Origin: Balanoglossus misakiensis
Lineage: Eukaryota > Animalia > Hemichordata
Direction of reading: 5' to 3'
Length of the DNA stretch: 64,000 nt
Assembly (NCBI GenBank): GCA_040954595.2
Contig: CM082598.2
Coordinates: 5,905,097-5,969,096 of the forward strand
Part shown: in pieces, positions 26,401 to 38,571 of the stretch
Numbering within the stretch: position 1 is the first letter of the stretch
Layout of the letters: every line of letters starts with the position of its first letter
Position numbers and translations under genes: made by a program
Notes under the pieces: generated by a model
Database searches by the model: none
Seen by the model: the letters and a program-made list of their open reading frames with translations, nothing else
What the model was told of the DNA's origin: nothing

Positions 26401-27639
26401 TTCATGCAATGCCACCTTAATTAACACGATTTCTCAAAGAATGTTTGGTAACAGGCTTATAGCATCTTTGCCATCTCTAAAGATCATGAAAAAACTAATT
26501 TTGAATGGAGTACCCTCGGAAACCTCTTAAAATTTCGTGTGTTTATCTGTGTGATACCATGAGGCGATCGATGATATGGTCACGGCATTATGGCCAAAGG
26601 GGACCGTACCTGTTCTTTTTGATAACGGCTACATCACAAACAAAGAGAAAATTGTTTTCTCGTTATCTACATTTGACTGCATGGGCGAATTAAAATTTCC
26701 AATCCCAACATGAAAATTTAGCATCTATATTCAAGTGTATTGTGACCTAAATTGGATATTGGCAATTAAATACGACTAAACGTTTATAGCTTTATAGTTC
26801 ATCTCCGCAATTTCTCCAATATAATCCAATAAACTGTTTGGCGGCTGTCATACTGTATTATAGTCATTTACATCCAAACCCCTTTTAAAACGCAAATTCA
26901 AAATTGTTTACACGTTTGTTGCTCATGAACTTTGGCCTCAAGTTGAAACATGAAGTGAATCAGTGGAGACAATCTGACCGAAAATTCATTTTCATTGCCT
27001 CATCCAGTCCACCCTTATTAAACCATATACCTAAGCATTGCCATATTTTGAAGCAACAAGTTATAGAGTGAAACAGGGTAAACTGAAGAGATATTTCTGT
27101 AGATAGATATAGTCCATTTTGACCTAGTTCTATCAAACAAAGAGGATTGCTGGACAGACTTGAAAACCGCCTTTGCTGTTTTGGCCAAGTTTTGCGTACG
27201 ACTAAACTGTGCAAAGTTGTTTTTGTTCAGCTCGCGTCTTCGGTGCCCCAGCTCACATAGATGAGGTGTCTTTGTGCCTGGGGAGTGATGACTGCTGATA
27301 TGCCTGGGGAGTGATGACTGCTGATAGTCTAAAGCTGGGGTTCCTGGGAAGGGTGCTAATTGCTTTGACTGACTCGATTACTCAACAATTAATGTTGATT
27401 AATTAAATCTTGACAGAATGAAGAAGGGACAATTATGAAGTTAAGTTTGGCCCACAAAACTTCAGTTATGTGTTTCACTATTTATGAAAAAAAATAATTA
27501 ACTTGACATTGCATAAGTAAAGTTTAAAGTAGTCATTTTTATCACATGAATGTCTCCAAAAGCTAACATTAAAACATGGAATGAGAATTGTGTAATATTA
27601 ATAATTCCATTGACATCGGCGGGCGCGGGTGAAGATACT

Positions 27640-28134
27640 TACAAGTTGCTCGAGTGCATGTTGAGCCTCCACCACAACCTGAACAACACGCTCATCGCAC
27701 ATTCCAACATAATGTAACTGTGATAAAAGTTCGGCAAGACTCATACACCTAGACCCCAAATCTTCTCTAAAATCTTTGAACGTCCAAATGTCGAAATATC
27801 GTGGACAAACTTTCCGACATGTAGTTTACGCACAAACTCCGTACCCGTAGCCATTTTCGTTGACTACCCTGGAATTCTGACAAGTCATTTCATGAATACG
27901 CACATTCATTTTCAACTGCTCTCATTTTCAACACATATTTCCTGGTAGTATGCTAGGGGACCTGGTTTGAGTTGAGTGAAATTGTGATTTGAGTGAAATT
28001 GCCATATGAGTCGAGTGAAATTGCGATTTGAGTCAAATTACGATTTGAGTGAAATTGCGATTTGAGTGGAGTGAAATTGCGATTTGAGTCGAGTGAAATT
28101 GCGATTTGAATTTTGGCCCCATTAGAGCGCCATA
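27640..28134 (-). mobile_element. Partial duplicate of the IS3EU element
   Basis: Matches ~13475-13971 and shares the same right flank. Confidence 0.8.
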
Positions 28135-29044
28135 GTGATCTGTTTTGTTTAAATTTCTGCAAAATTTGCATCTTTATAATTTTGGAGCAATTTTTCCCTT
28201 TTTGATTATTTTTTTATTTTAAAACCGCTTGTAAGATTGCTTGGGAACATGCATACCAAATTTTTACTTTACACATCAGACTAAATGGCAGGTTCGAAGG
28301 ACACAATTATAAAAAAGAACAGAAACAAAAATATTGAATCGAAAATGCAATCATTCAAATTGATCGGCACAATTACCCGTATATGCACAGGGTTCATTGC
28401 TAGATGCACTGCTCACAATGGATATGTTTTATTTGTGTGCTCACAAAGTTTCTTTGCGTGCAGTCAAATACACACAGCACTGAACCTCATAAGTTGTCAC
28501 AATTAAACAATAATATTTAATGCAAACAATTATGGAATAATTACATGTAATTCATTTGTACTTTTTTTTGGTGTTGATTTGAAATCCAGTCAGTATCTCA
28601 TATTCTGTTCCACATAAAAACAAACTGTCAGCCTCATTTTACCATAAAGCTCCAGTCTATGTACATGTATTAGTCCCACCATGAACGATGTCCATAGTCG
28701 CACGTATCTCTTCTTGTACGTGGAAGCGATTAGTTCCACTTTGGGCGTAACACCCTGACTGTTTTGTCGATGTTGCCGCTCGATACTGCACAGATAAAAC
28801 AAATCAACATGAATCGTTAAAGTTTAAGCTTGGACCTACTATCCCTATGTATAGCTGAGTGCCAATTACTGTTAGCAACAATGTTATTTTGCGATGATTT
28901 TTGAGTTAAGCAAGATGTCACTCAAAGGAGTGGGTGTGGCCATGGTGTTGTGACGTTATACGCACATTAATCAAAGATGTCGGTTTGGTCTAAAAACACA
29001 ATTTGTTCAGACACGTTCTTACTGCGTTTGGTTGATACCCAATC

Positions 29045-29425
29045 TGATTAAAAGATACCAAGAGGCGACGGTACGATCAGATTTTTTTTTGGCCTGATTG
29101 GAAGACACGTGTGTTCTCTCTGATAATTTAGCCCCAAAGTTGCTATAGACTCCCCTCTTAAGGATGTACGTTCAGAACGTTTGGATGATACCAAGAGGCG
29201 ACTGTACGATCAGGGTATTTATGGCCAGGGTGGAAGATTCCTGTGTTCTCTCTGATAATTTTTCCCCAAAATTGCTATAGACTCCCCTCTTAAGGATGTA
29301 CGTGCAGAACGTTTGGATGATACCAAGAGGCGACTGTACGATCAGGGTATTTATGGCCAGAGTGGAAGATACCTGTGTTCTCTCTGATAATTTTTCCCTA
29401 AAGTTGCTATAGACTCCCCTCTTAA
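29045..29425. repeat. 132-bp tandem subrepeat containing the TTAA target site
   Basis: GATACCAAGAGGCGAC...ACTCCCCTCTTAA occurs three times, producing the 44-aa periodicity in ORF 29172-29684. It also occurs twice at 21230-21466. Confidence 0.9.
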
Positions 29426-29865
29426 ACCCCGGTGCGGGGTATAAAAGACCCCCCAAATCAGTGGCGAATCTTAATGCCGTTTCACTGACAACAGACAACA
29501 CCAACGATCTTGGCTCTATGAAAATCGGCCCAAACAGGTCCAAGCATAAAGAATTACACCACACAACGACAGTGGTTGGCTTTATAAACACACACAACAT
29601 AAAGTTATCGACGAAAAAGTACACGAGCTTTTGAAACAACGATGATTTTGGCAGAAATCTGGTTTCAGTGCTTTTCAGAAGCATCCCTGGGAAACAATAA
29701 CCACGCCTTTCAAACAGCTGTCAATCGCGTGGAAGTGTAAAGTGTTCAATTATTTTCTATGTACATGAGATCAATTACACAGTCATTATGCACGACGACC
29801 ACTCCCAAATAAACAACTATACAAACACACGTTAACCCGAACCCCGGTACTTTCCGCACCGGGGT
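29426..29865. mobile_element. TTAA-flanked MITE family C (ACCCCGGTGCGG ends)
   Basis: TTAA|ACCCCGGTGCGG...CCGCACCGGGGT|TTAA (TTAA at 29422-29425 and 29866-29869). Confidence 0.85.
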
Positions 29866-30263
29866 TTAAAGATGTACGTACAGAACATAAACTTGTAAAC
29901 TGTGCAAATTAGTATGTGTTTGTCTTTTCCTATAAATGATTACATTGAGAATCGCTAGAAAAATTCACTTCTACTATTGTAATTTTCACGAAATTATACA
30001 CATAGTCAGTTAAGTAAAACTAAATTAAGTAGTCAAATAAAATAGTGTGGTCACGGCAATCTAATTGAGATAAACTTATAAACTTTGGTAAATGTTTCGC
30101 CCATAGACAAACCATTTGTGAAAAATGCTGACTCATTCACAGTTTTAGCCCCAAAGTTGATATAGACTCCCTTCTTAAGGATGTACGTGCAGAACGTTGG
30201 GATGATACCAAGATGCGACGGTACGATCAGGGTATTTATGGCCATAGTGGACTCCCTTCTTAA

Positions 30264-31063
30264 GGGACCGTTCACGGCCGGGGGGGGGGGGGGTGGGCAA
30301 GTTTGTGACATCGGTTTTCAAAATCAGGCCGAGCCCCCCTTCACCCAGGAGCAAAAAATGATGACCCCCCCCTTTGACAGACCCAAAAATATGATGACCC
30401 CCCCACGCCGAAAATATTCGCCGTCCTGATCCTATGTTCACTGTATGCAATAAAGGGAATGAGGCTCCTCACACTTCAATTATAATTTCTTAAAGTAATT
30501 GAAGTATATAATAGTATATCGTTGCAATAAAGAAATATATGAACAATTGAAAATGACAAGTCAATACAATAGTTGCTAGACTTGGTAAAACAAGAAAAGT
30601 GGCGGGGGTGGGCGTGGGAGGGGGTGTCCCCCTCCCACCTAAGAAAATGTTGTGAAATACGGTGCTCAAGGTTGCATTTTAATGAACTCAAAAGCAAATT
30701 AACTCAACGTTAGGGAGGACAAATGTTAATTTTGCCACTCCACTCAAAGTAAGCATCGGGGTCGGGTGGGAAGAAGTCTGCCCTGGTACACTAGGCAAAC
30801 CAGCGAATAAATGAATTGTGGCGAAGACTGGAGGGGGTGGGTGTGGGAGTGTCCCCCTCCCATATTAGAAAATTTTGTGAAATAAAGGGCGCGAAACTGC
30901 AATTTTGTGGACTCAAAAGCAAAAGTTCGGTGGCAAAAGAATGTGACCCCCCCCTTAAACGTTTAAAAAAACCCAGATGACCCCCTCTTTTGGACTTCAA
31001 CATTTAAGTGACCCCCCCCTTTGATTTTGCCGCCCCCCCCGGCCATAAAAACTGAACGGTCCC
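30264..31063. mobile_element. MITE family D with TAA TSD (PIF/Harbinger- or Zator-like)
   Basis: TAA|GGGACCGTTCA...TGAACGGTCCC|TAA, with subterminal G/C runs and ATGACCCCCC repeats. Confidence 0.8.
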
Positions 31064-32069
31064 TAAGTTTGTACGTGCAAAACGTAAAATTTTAAATGTT
31101 TGCACTTGTCTTTTTCCACAGGATTACATACATTAATAATTACTACAAAACTCACTTCTACTATAATTTTCACCCATTATATTTATAAACATAGGTCAGT
31201 TTAATAAAAAATATATTCAGTGGTCAATTTAAATTGTCACCACGCTCTATTTTGAGATAAACTTTGGTAAATGTTTTGCCCATAGAAAAAAACATTGGTG
31301 ATAAATGCTGACTCATTCACAGCCTTGTATTTCAAAAACAAGCGCGGTGAAACCTATATGTTATCACAGATTGTTTTATGCTTATAAAGAAGAAACCAAA
31401 AATGTACAATTAAAAGAAAAACAATACTTTAAATTTTACTGATCGTACATCCTTAACACGATTTCTCAAAGAATGTTTGGTAACAGGCTTTCAGTATCTT
31501 TGCCATTGTCAACGTTTTGCCATCTCTAAAGATCATGAAAAAACTAATTTAGAATGGAATACCCTCGGAAACCTCTTAAAATTGTGTGTGTTTATCTGTG
31601 TGATACCATGAGGCGATCGATGATATGGTCAGGGCATTTTGGCCAAAGGGGACCGTACCTGTCCTTTCTGATAAGAGCTACATCACAAACAATGAGAAAA
31701 TTGTATCTCGTTATCTACATTAGACTGCATGGGCGAATCAAATTTCCAATCCCAACATGAAAATTTAGAATCTATATTCAAGTAAGACCTAAATTGGATA
31801 TTGGCAATTAAATACGACTAAAAGTTTATAGCTTTATAGTTCATCCCCGAGATTTCTCCAATATAATCCAATAAACCGAACTGTTTGGGTGCTGTCATAC
31901 AGTATTATAGTCATTTACATCCAAAACAGTTCTAAAACTCAAATTCAATATTGTTTACACTGTTTGTTGCTCATGAACTTTGACCTCAAGTTGAAACATG
32001 AAGTAAATCAGTGGAGACAATCTGACCGAAAATTAACCTCATTGCCTTATCCAGTTCATCCGTATGAAG

Positions 32070-33175
32070 CCTGCTTGTCCAGGCAAGAAAGCCATATATA
32101 CCTGAGCATAGCCATATTTTGAAGCAACAAGCTTTAGAGTCAAACAGGGTAATTGAAGAGATCTTTATGTAGATAGATATAGTCCATTTTGACCTAGTTG
32201 TATCAAACAAAGAAATTTGCTTGACAGACTTGAATACCGCCTGTGCTGTTTTGGCCAAGTTTTGCGTACGACTAAACGGTGCAAAGTTGTTTCTGTTCAG
32301 CTCACGTCTTCGGTGCCCCAGCTCACATAGATAAGGTGCCTTCGTGCCTGGGGAGTGATGACTGCTGACAGGCTAAAGCTTGGGCTCCGGGAATGTGGGC
32401 TAATTGCTCTGACTGACTCGATAACTCTACAATTAATGTGGATTAATTAAATCTTGACAGAACGAATGAAGTCAAGTTTGGCCCACAAAACTTCAGTTAT
32501 ATGTTTCACTATTTATGAAAAAAAACCTTGACATTGCATTAGTAAAGTTTAAAGAAGCCATTTCTATCACATGAATGTTTCCAAAAACAAACATGAAAAC
32601 ATGGAATGAGAATTGTGTAAAATTAATAATTCCATTGACATCGGCCGGCACGGGTGAAGATGCTCCCATCCCTGTCAAAGGAAATAAACCATTGCTAATG
32701 TTTTACACAGCAGACTAAATGGCAGGTTTGAAGGACACAATTATAAAACAGAACAGAAACAAAAATATTGAATAGAAAATGCGATCATACAAATTGATCG
32801 GCACAATTATTGGTATATGCACAAGGTTCTTTGCGTGCAGTCCAATGCAGCACGGAACCTCAAAATTTGTAATTTGTTTGCAACAATGAAACCATAATAT
32901 TTAATGCAAACAATTTATGGAATCATATCACATAAGTCATTTATATTTTCATTTTCTATGGTATTGATTTGAAACCCAGTCAGTATCTCATTTTCTGTTC
33001 CACACAGAAACAAACTGTCAGCCTCATTTTACCATAAAGCTCCAGTCTATGTACATGTATTAGTCCCACCATGAACGACGTCCATAATCGCGCGTATCTC
33101 TTCTTGTACGTGGAAGCGATTAGTTCCACTTTGGGCGTAACACCCTGACTGTTTTGTTGATGTCGTCGCTCGATA
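32070..33175 (-). pseudogene. Representative decayed F5/8 type C (discoidin) exon set of the array unit
   Basis: Exon 33175-33033 (acceptor TGCAG, donor G|GTAAAA) reads ...TPKVELIASTYKKRY(V)RLW..SW....C.RLELYG. A short linker exon follows at ~32674 (GMEVSTPAPADVN in the 23.5-kb copy), then VITPQA..SS..WGTEDA(R)LN ... QFTLFHS....W with frameshifts. Confidence 0.55.
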
Positions 33176-35383
33176 CTGCACTGAAAAAAAAACAAATCAA
33201 CATGAATCGTTAAAGTTTAAGCTTGGACCTACTATCCCTATGTATAGCTGAGTGCCAATTACTGTTAGCAACAATGTTATTTAGCGATGATTTTTGAGTT
33301 AAGCAAGATGTCACTCAAAGGAGTGGGTGTGGCCATGGTGTTGTGATGTTATACGCACATTAATCAAAGATATCGCTTTGGTCTAAAAACACAATTTATT
33401 CCGACACGTTCTTGTTCACTTAAAAGTCACTGCGTTTGGATGATACCAACAGGCCACGGTACGATCAGAGTTTTTTTTGGCCAGAGTGGAAGATACCTCT
33501 GTTCTCTCTGATAGCTTAGCCCCAAAGTTGCTATAGATTTCCTCTTAAGGTGGCATTGCACGAAATCGTCAAGACTTTTTCAGAGGCATATTTCTCATAA
33601 AGACAACGTTAAAACCCCTATAAACCATACATATTATGGAAGCTTAGTTTTTGAACTTTTGTTTGAATTGCACATTTTATTGAACCCCGGGTTCAAAAAC
33701 ATTTTTTGATATTATGTCATTCAATTGAAATTAGGTAAAACAGTTGACCATGCATCATGCATCTTAATATGTCATTCGAAACCAGAGTAAAAAAAACGAA
33801 AATTTAGTTTTGCGTTATCTGCTTCCATTGAGGAGTAACAGCGTTTGAAAGTTAGAATTTTAGACAATTTGATCAAATTTACGGTGAGTTGTATTGAATC
33901 ATAGTTTATTCCCGCTAGGGACACTTTATCGACTAATTTTTTTTTTCGTATTGTTAGATGAGTCATACACAATCCCCTGTTAAATTTGAGCAGATTCGGC
34001 CAACGCACAGCGAAGCTAAATTCTTCTGAAGTTGTCAAAAGCGGCGAAAATGCAAACAGAGAAAAACGGCAATTTGCATTATTGACACCTATTTCTTAAG
34101 CTGTGGACTCATTCAGAAAATTGCTATTTCTTGGTGATTATGCACCATTTCCGCCAAGACACATATGTCAGAATGTGGATCAGTATTACATCTACCGATT
34201 TATGTAAAAAAAGTAAAAATTGGCAGAAATCACAACTGTTCATGCAAAGCCACCTTAACACGATTTCTCAAAGAATGTTTGGTAACAGGCTTATAGCCTT
34301 TTTGCCATCTCTAAAGATCACGAAAAAACTAATTTTGAATGGAGAACCCTCGGAAACCGCTTAAAATTGTGTGTGTTTATCTGTGTAATACCATGAGGCG
34401 ATCGATGATATGGTCAGGGCATTATGGCCAAAGGGGACCGTACCTGTCCTTTCTGATAAGTGCTACATCACAAACAGCTCGAGAAAATTGTTAATCGTTA
34501 TCTACATTAGACTGCATGGGCGAATCAAATTTCCAATCCCAACATGAAAATTTAGCATCTATATTCAAGTGTATTGTGACCTAAATTGGATATTGGCAAT
34601 TAAATACGACTAAGAGTTTATAGGTTTATAGTTCATCCCCGAGATTTCTCCAATATAATCCAATAAACCGAACTGTTTGGGTGCTGTCATACAGTATTAT
34701 AGTCATTTACATCCAAAACAGTTCTAAAACTCAAATTCAATATTGTTTACACTGTTTGTTGCTCATGAACTTTGACCTCAAGTTGAAACATGAAGTAAAT
34801 CAGTGGAGACAATCTGACCGAAAATTAACCTCATTGCCTTATCCAGTCCATCCGTATGAAGCCTGTTTGTCCAGGCAAGAAAGCCATATATACCTGAGCA
34901 TAGCCATATTTTGAAGCAACAAGCTTTAGAGTCAAACAGGGTAATTGAAGAGATATTTCTGTAGATAGATATAGTCCATTTTGACCTAGTTGTATCAAAC
35001 AAAGAGGATTGCTGGAAAGAATTGAAAACCGCCTGTGCTGTTTTGGCCAAGTTTTGCGTACGAGTAAACGGTGCAAAGTTGTTTCTGTTCAGCTCGCGTC
35101 TTCGGTGCCCCAGCTCACATAGATGAGTTGCATTCGTGCCTGGGGAGTGATGACTGCTGACAGTCTAAAGCTTGGGATCCTGGGAAGGGTGCTAATTGCT
35201 CTGATTGACTCGATAACTCTACAATTAATGTGGATTAATTAGATCTTGACAGAATGAAGAAGGCACAATTATGAAGTCAAATTAGGCCAACACAACTTTA
35301 GTTTTGTGTTTCACTATTTATGGAAAAAATTAACTTGACATTGCTTTAGTACATGTAAAGTTTAAAATAGCCATTTCTATCAC

Positions 35384-35539
35384 TATACTCTCTCACAGCC
35401 CATGGCTCGCTACAAGGCTCTTCACTGACGCGCCCAGAACCGTTTAGCAACGGAGAAGCCTCATATGGTGTTGTGTAATGAACCTTGCAATCACACCATA
35501 AGCCTGCATCGACTGCGAAGGGGGCTGTGAGAGAATCTA
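35384..35539. mobile_element. Second copy of the 156-bp AcademH-type MITE at the paralogous site
   Basis: Same element with TSD TTCTATCAC at 35375-35383 and 35540-35548. Confidence 0.88.
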
Positions 35540-36344
35540 TTCTATCACATGAATATCTCCAAGAAGAAACTTCCATCCCCGCGCCAAAGGAAATAAACCA
35601 TTGCTAATGTTTTACACAGCAGACTAAATGGCAGGTTTGAAGGACACAATTATAAAACAAAATAGAAACAAAAAATATTGAATGGAAAATGCAATCATAC
35701 AAATTGATTGGCACAATTACCCGTATCTACACAGTGTTCATTGCTAGATGCACTGCTCACAATGGATATATTTTATTTGCGGGCTCACAAAGTTTCTTAG
35801 CGTGCAGTCAAATACACACAGCACTGAACCTCAAAAGTTGTCATTTTCTGCAACAATTAAACCATAACATTTAATGCAAACAATTATGGAATAATTACAT
35901 GTAATTCTATTGTACTGTTATTTTTTTGGTGTTGATTTGAAACCCAGTCAGGAGGGAAATAATGGACGACGCCCTGACCATTAACGTTTGTTTATGGGCA
36001 AGGGCGAGGGGAAAGCCAAAAATTCATGGGCAAGACTTTGGCTTTCCTCCAGCCCGAGCCAATAAACAAACGTTAATGGTCAGGGCGGAGTTGGTTATTT
36101 CCATTATATTACCAACGAACTCAAGAAAACCGTCAACATTTACGAAAATGTCCCACGCAAAAGACTGAGTATTTGTGGTCAGTGACGTCATTCATCTCGA
36201 CCAATTAAAATGCGACGCACAAGCCATGGTAATATAATAATATATCATATTCTGTTCCACATAGAAACAAACTGTCAGCCTCATTTTACCATAAAGCTCC
36301 CGTCTATGTACATATGTATTAGTCCCACCATGAACGACGTCCAT

Positions 36345-37340
36345 AATAATAATAATATTTATTTCTTACATAGCGCATTACATAATGGAATAAAATCTCA
36401 ATGCGCTTTACAACATGATAAAAAGTACACTAAAAATACAAGCTAAAAAATAATTCGACATAAAAACGTTAAAAGGGTATATTAAAGTTGTAAAATGTGT
36501 AAAAGAATTAGTGCATAAATGCTTTCATAAAAAGATGGGTTTTAAGTTGTGTGTTAAAAGAAGACAGGGAAGGTGCATTTCGAATTGAATCGTCAAGGGA
36601 ATTCCATAGCCTGGGAGCAGTTACCGAAAAAGCTCTTTTACCATAATGCTCCTGGTTAAAACGAGGTTCGACAAGTTTTGTGGCATTCGCAGAACGCGTC
36701 AAGCTACTTGGCTTGCAAACAACAAGAAGATATGACAGATAGGTTGGCGCTTGGCCACAAAGACATTTGTATGTAAGAATAAGAACTTTGAAATCTATTC
36801 GATGGATGACAGGGAGCCAGTGTAACTCTTGAACGACCGGCTTGATGTGTTCGGTTTTGTTAGTGCGAGTCACTAAACGAGCAGCTGAGTTATGTATGCG
36901 TTGTAACCGGTTAATGAGATACTCACTGACAGGAAGATGAATGTACAAGCTATTACAGTAGTCAAGACGTGATGTTATGAAGACGTGAATTAATGTTTCA
37001 GTAGTTTTTTCTATCTAAAACGTTACGGATACGACCTATGCGATTTAAAACAAACGAGGCTGACTTACATACTTGCATAATTTGAGTATGAGCTATAACC
37101 ACACTGTCAAAATAAGAGCCAAGGTCTCTGACTACGGCTGAAGGGGTAATTAGGTTTGTACCGACACGTAGTCCGGGTAGCGGTCTAAAGGGTCTGAATT
37201 TCGAATGACAATGAATTAATTCTGTCTTAGTGTCATTTAAAACAAGCTTGTTCACGGCCATCCATTTGCGAATCTCGTCCACGCAAGATTCAATGTGCAA
37301 CTTTGAATGATCAGCTCGCTTGCAGGTTAAGTAAACTTGT
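36345..37340 (-). mobile_element. 5'-truncated L2/CR1-group LINE
   Basis: RT C-terminus QVYL...WMAVNKLVLNDTKTE...VRDLG..FD, SRLDYCNS, LQRIHNSAARLV, LHWLPV..RIDFK, RAFSVTAPRLWNSL. It has a 3' stem-loop (AGCGCATT...AATGCGCT) and a (TAT)n tail, and is inserted in the discoidin-like exon. Confidence 0.92.
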
Positions 37341-38571
37341 ATCGCACGTATCTCCTTCTTGTATCGCACGTATCTCTTCTTGTACGTGGAAGCGATTAGT
37401 TCTACTTTGGGCATAACACCCTGACTGTTTTGTCGATGTCGTCGCTCGATACTGCACAGAAAAAAACTAATCAACATGAATCGTTAAAGTTTAAGCTTGG
37501 ACCTACTATCCCTATGTATAGCTGAGTGCCAATTACTGTTAGCAACAATGTTATTTTGCGATGATGTTTTATTTAAGCGAGATGTCACTCAAAGGAGTGG
37601 GTGTGGCCATGGTTTTGTGATGTTATACGCACATTAATCAAAGATATCGCTTTGGTCTAAAAATACAATTTGTTCAGATACGTTCTTGTCTCACTTAAAA
37701 GTCTCTGCCACTGGCCCAATTAAACCTGATACTGTTTGCTTAGAGTTGTGATCGTGCCTGGGGAGTGACGACTGTTTGAGTTGCATATTTTATTAACCCT
37801 CGGAAATCGTGGCGTTTTTGGGCTAAAAAACAGTTTTTGATATTATGTCATTCAATTTGAATTAGGTAAAACAAGTTGACCATGTATCATGCATCGTAAT
37901 ATGTCATTCGAAACTAGAGTACACGTGCAAAAAAGCGAAAATTTTGATTTACATTTTCTGTTTCCATTGAGGAGTAACAGCGTTTGAAAGTTAGATTTTT
38001 AGAATATATGATCAATTCATGATGAGTTGTATTGAATGAAAGTTATTTATTCCCGCTAGGGACACTTAATCGACTAAAAACATTTTTTGTATTGTTGGAT
38101 GGGTCATATACAATCCCCTGTTAAAATTTGAGCAAATTCGGCCAACGCAGAGCGAAGCTAAATTCTTATGAAGTTGTCAAAAGCAGCGAAAATGCAAAGA
38201 GACCAGCCGTTTTATTTAGTGTATGTACAGTACATGTCATTGGCAGCTTATGGGTCAGTCAGTGTTTGCCCAGTGATCTATGTCTGTCTGTCTGTCTGTA
38301 TGTATACGGCCATGTACTCCGGTGTAGACTTATTCTTGTGTAATCCCTCAATGGGACCAGTGTCCTTGACGCGATTTTTTTCTTTGTAGCGCAGCTCGTA
38401 TTTACTGATAGTTACTTATTGCCTTTTTTTACAGATACAGTCTTCAAAATCATTTGATAGCTAGACATCGCAATCCCTACAAAACTAACTTGCCAGTTGA
38501 ACTCAAGACTGCAACATCGTGCTATGGTGTAATTTGTGAATGTATTCAGAAGCAATGTTAATGACATAACA

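Larger units (their letters stand above)
11393..38200. repeat. Rearranged tandem/segmental array of a ~3-4 kb composite unit (about 8 complete or partial copies)
   Basis: The same modules recur. For example GAGGCGATCGATGATATGGTC occurs near 12.16, 15.48, 22.33, 26.56, 31.61 and 34.39 kb, and TTCCACTTTGGGCGTAACACC or close variants near 14.49, 20.22, 20.91, 25.33, 28.73, 33.12 and 37.40 kb. Near-identical spurious ORFs recur in the track. Confidence 0.95.

Noticed and set aside
29180-29240. J-domain-like LDDTKRR.YDQG motif on the + strand of the array unit
   Set aside because: Only ~12 residues match, with no HPD motif or upstream helices; probably chance.
11463-35076. Recurrent 60-90 aa ORFs (MSLAGINSDS..., MLSYSIIV...) as a small-protein family
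   Set aside because: They lie within MITE or array DNA, often use non-ATG starts, and their frames are not conserved among copies.
36998-37477. 159-aa ORF as a novel fusion protein
   Set aside because: A chance read-through from the decayed array exon into a 5'-truncated L2 RT.
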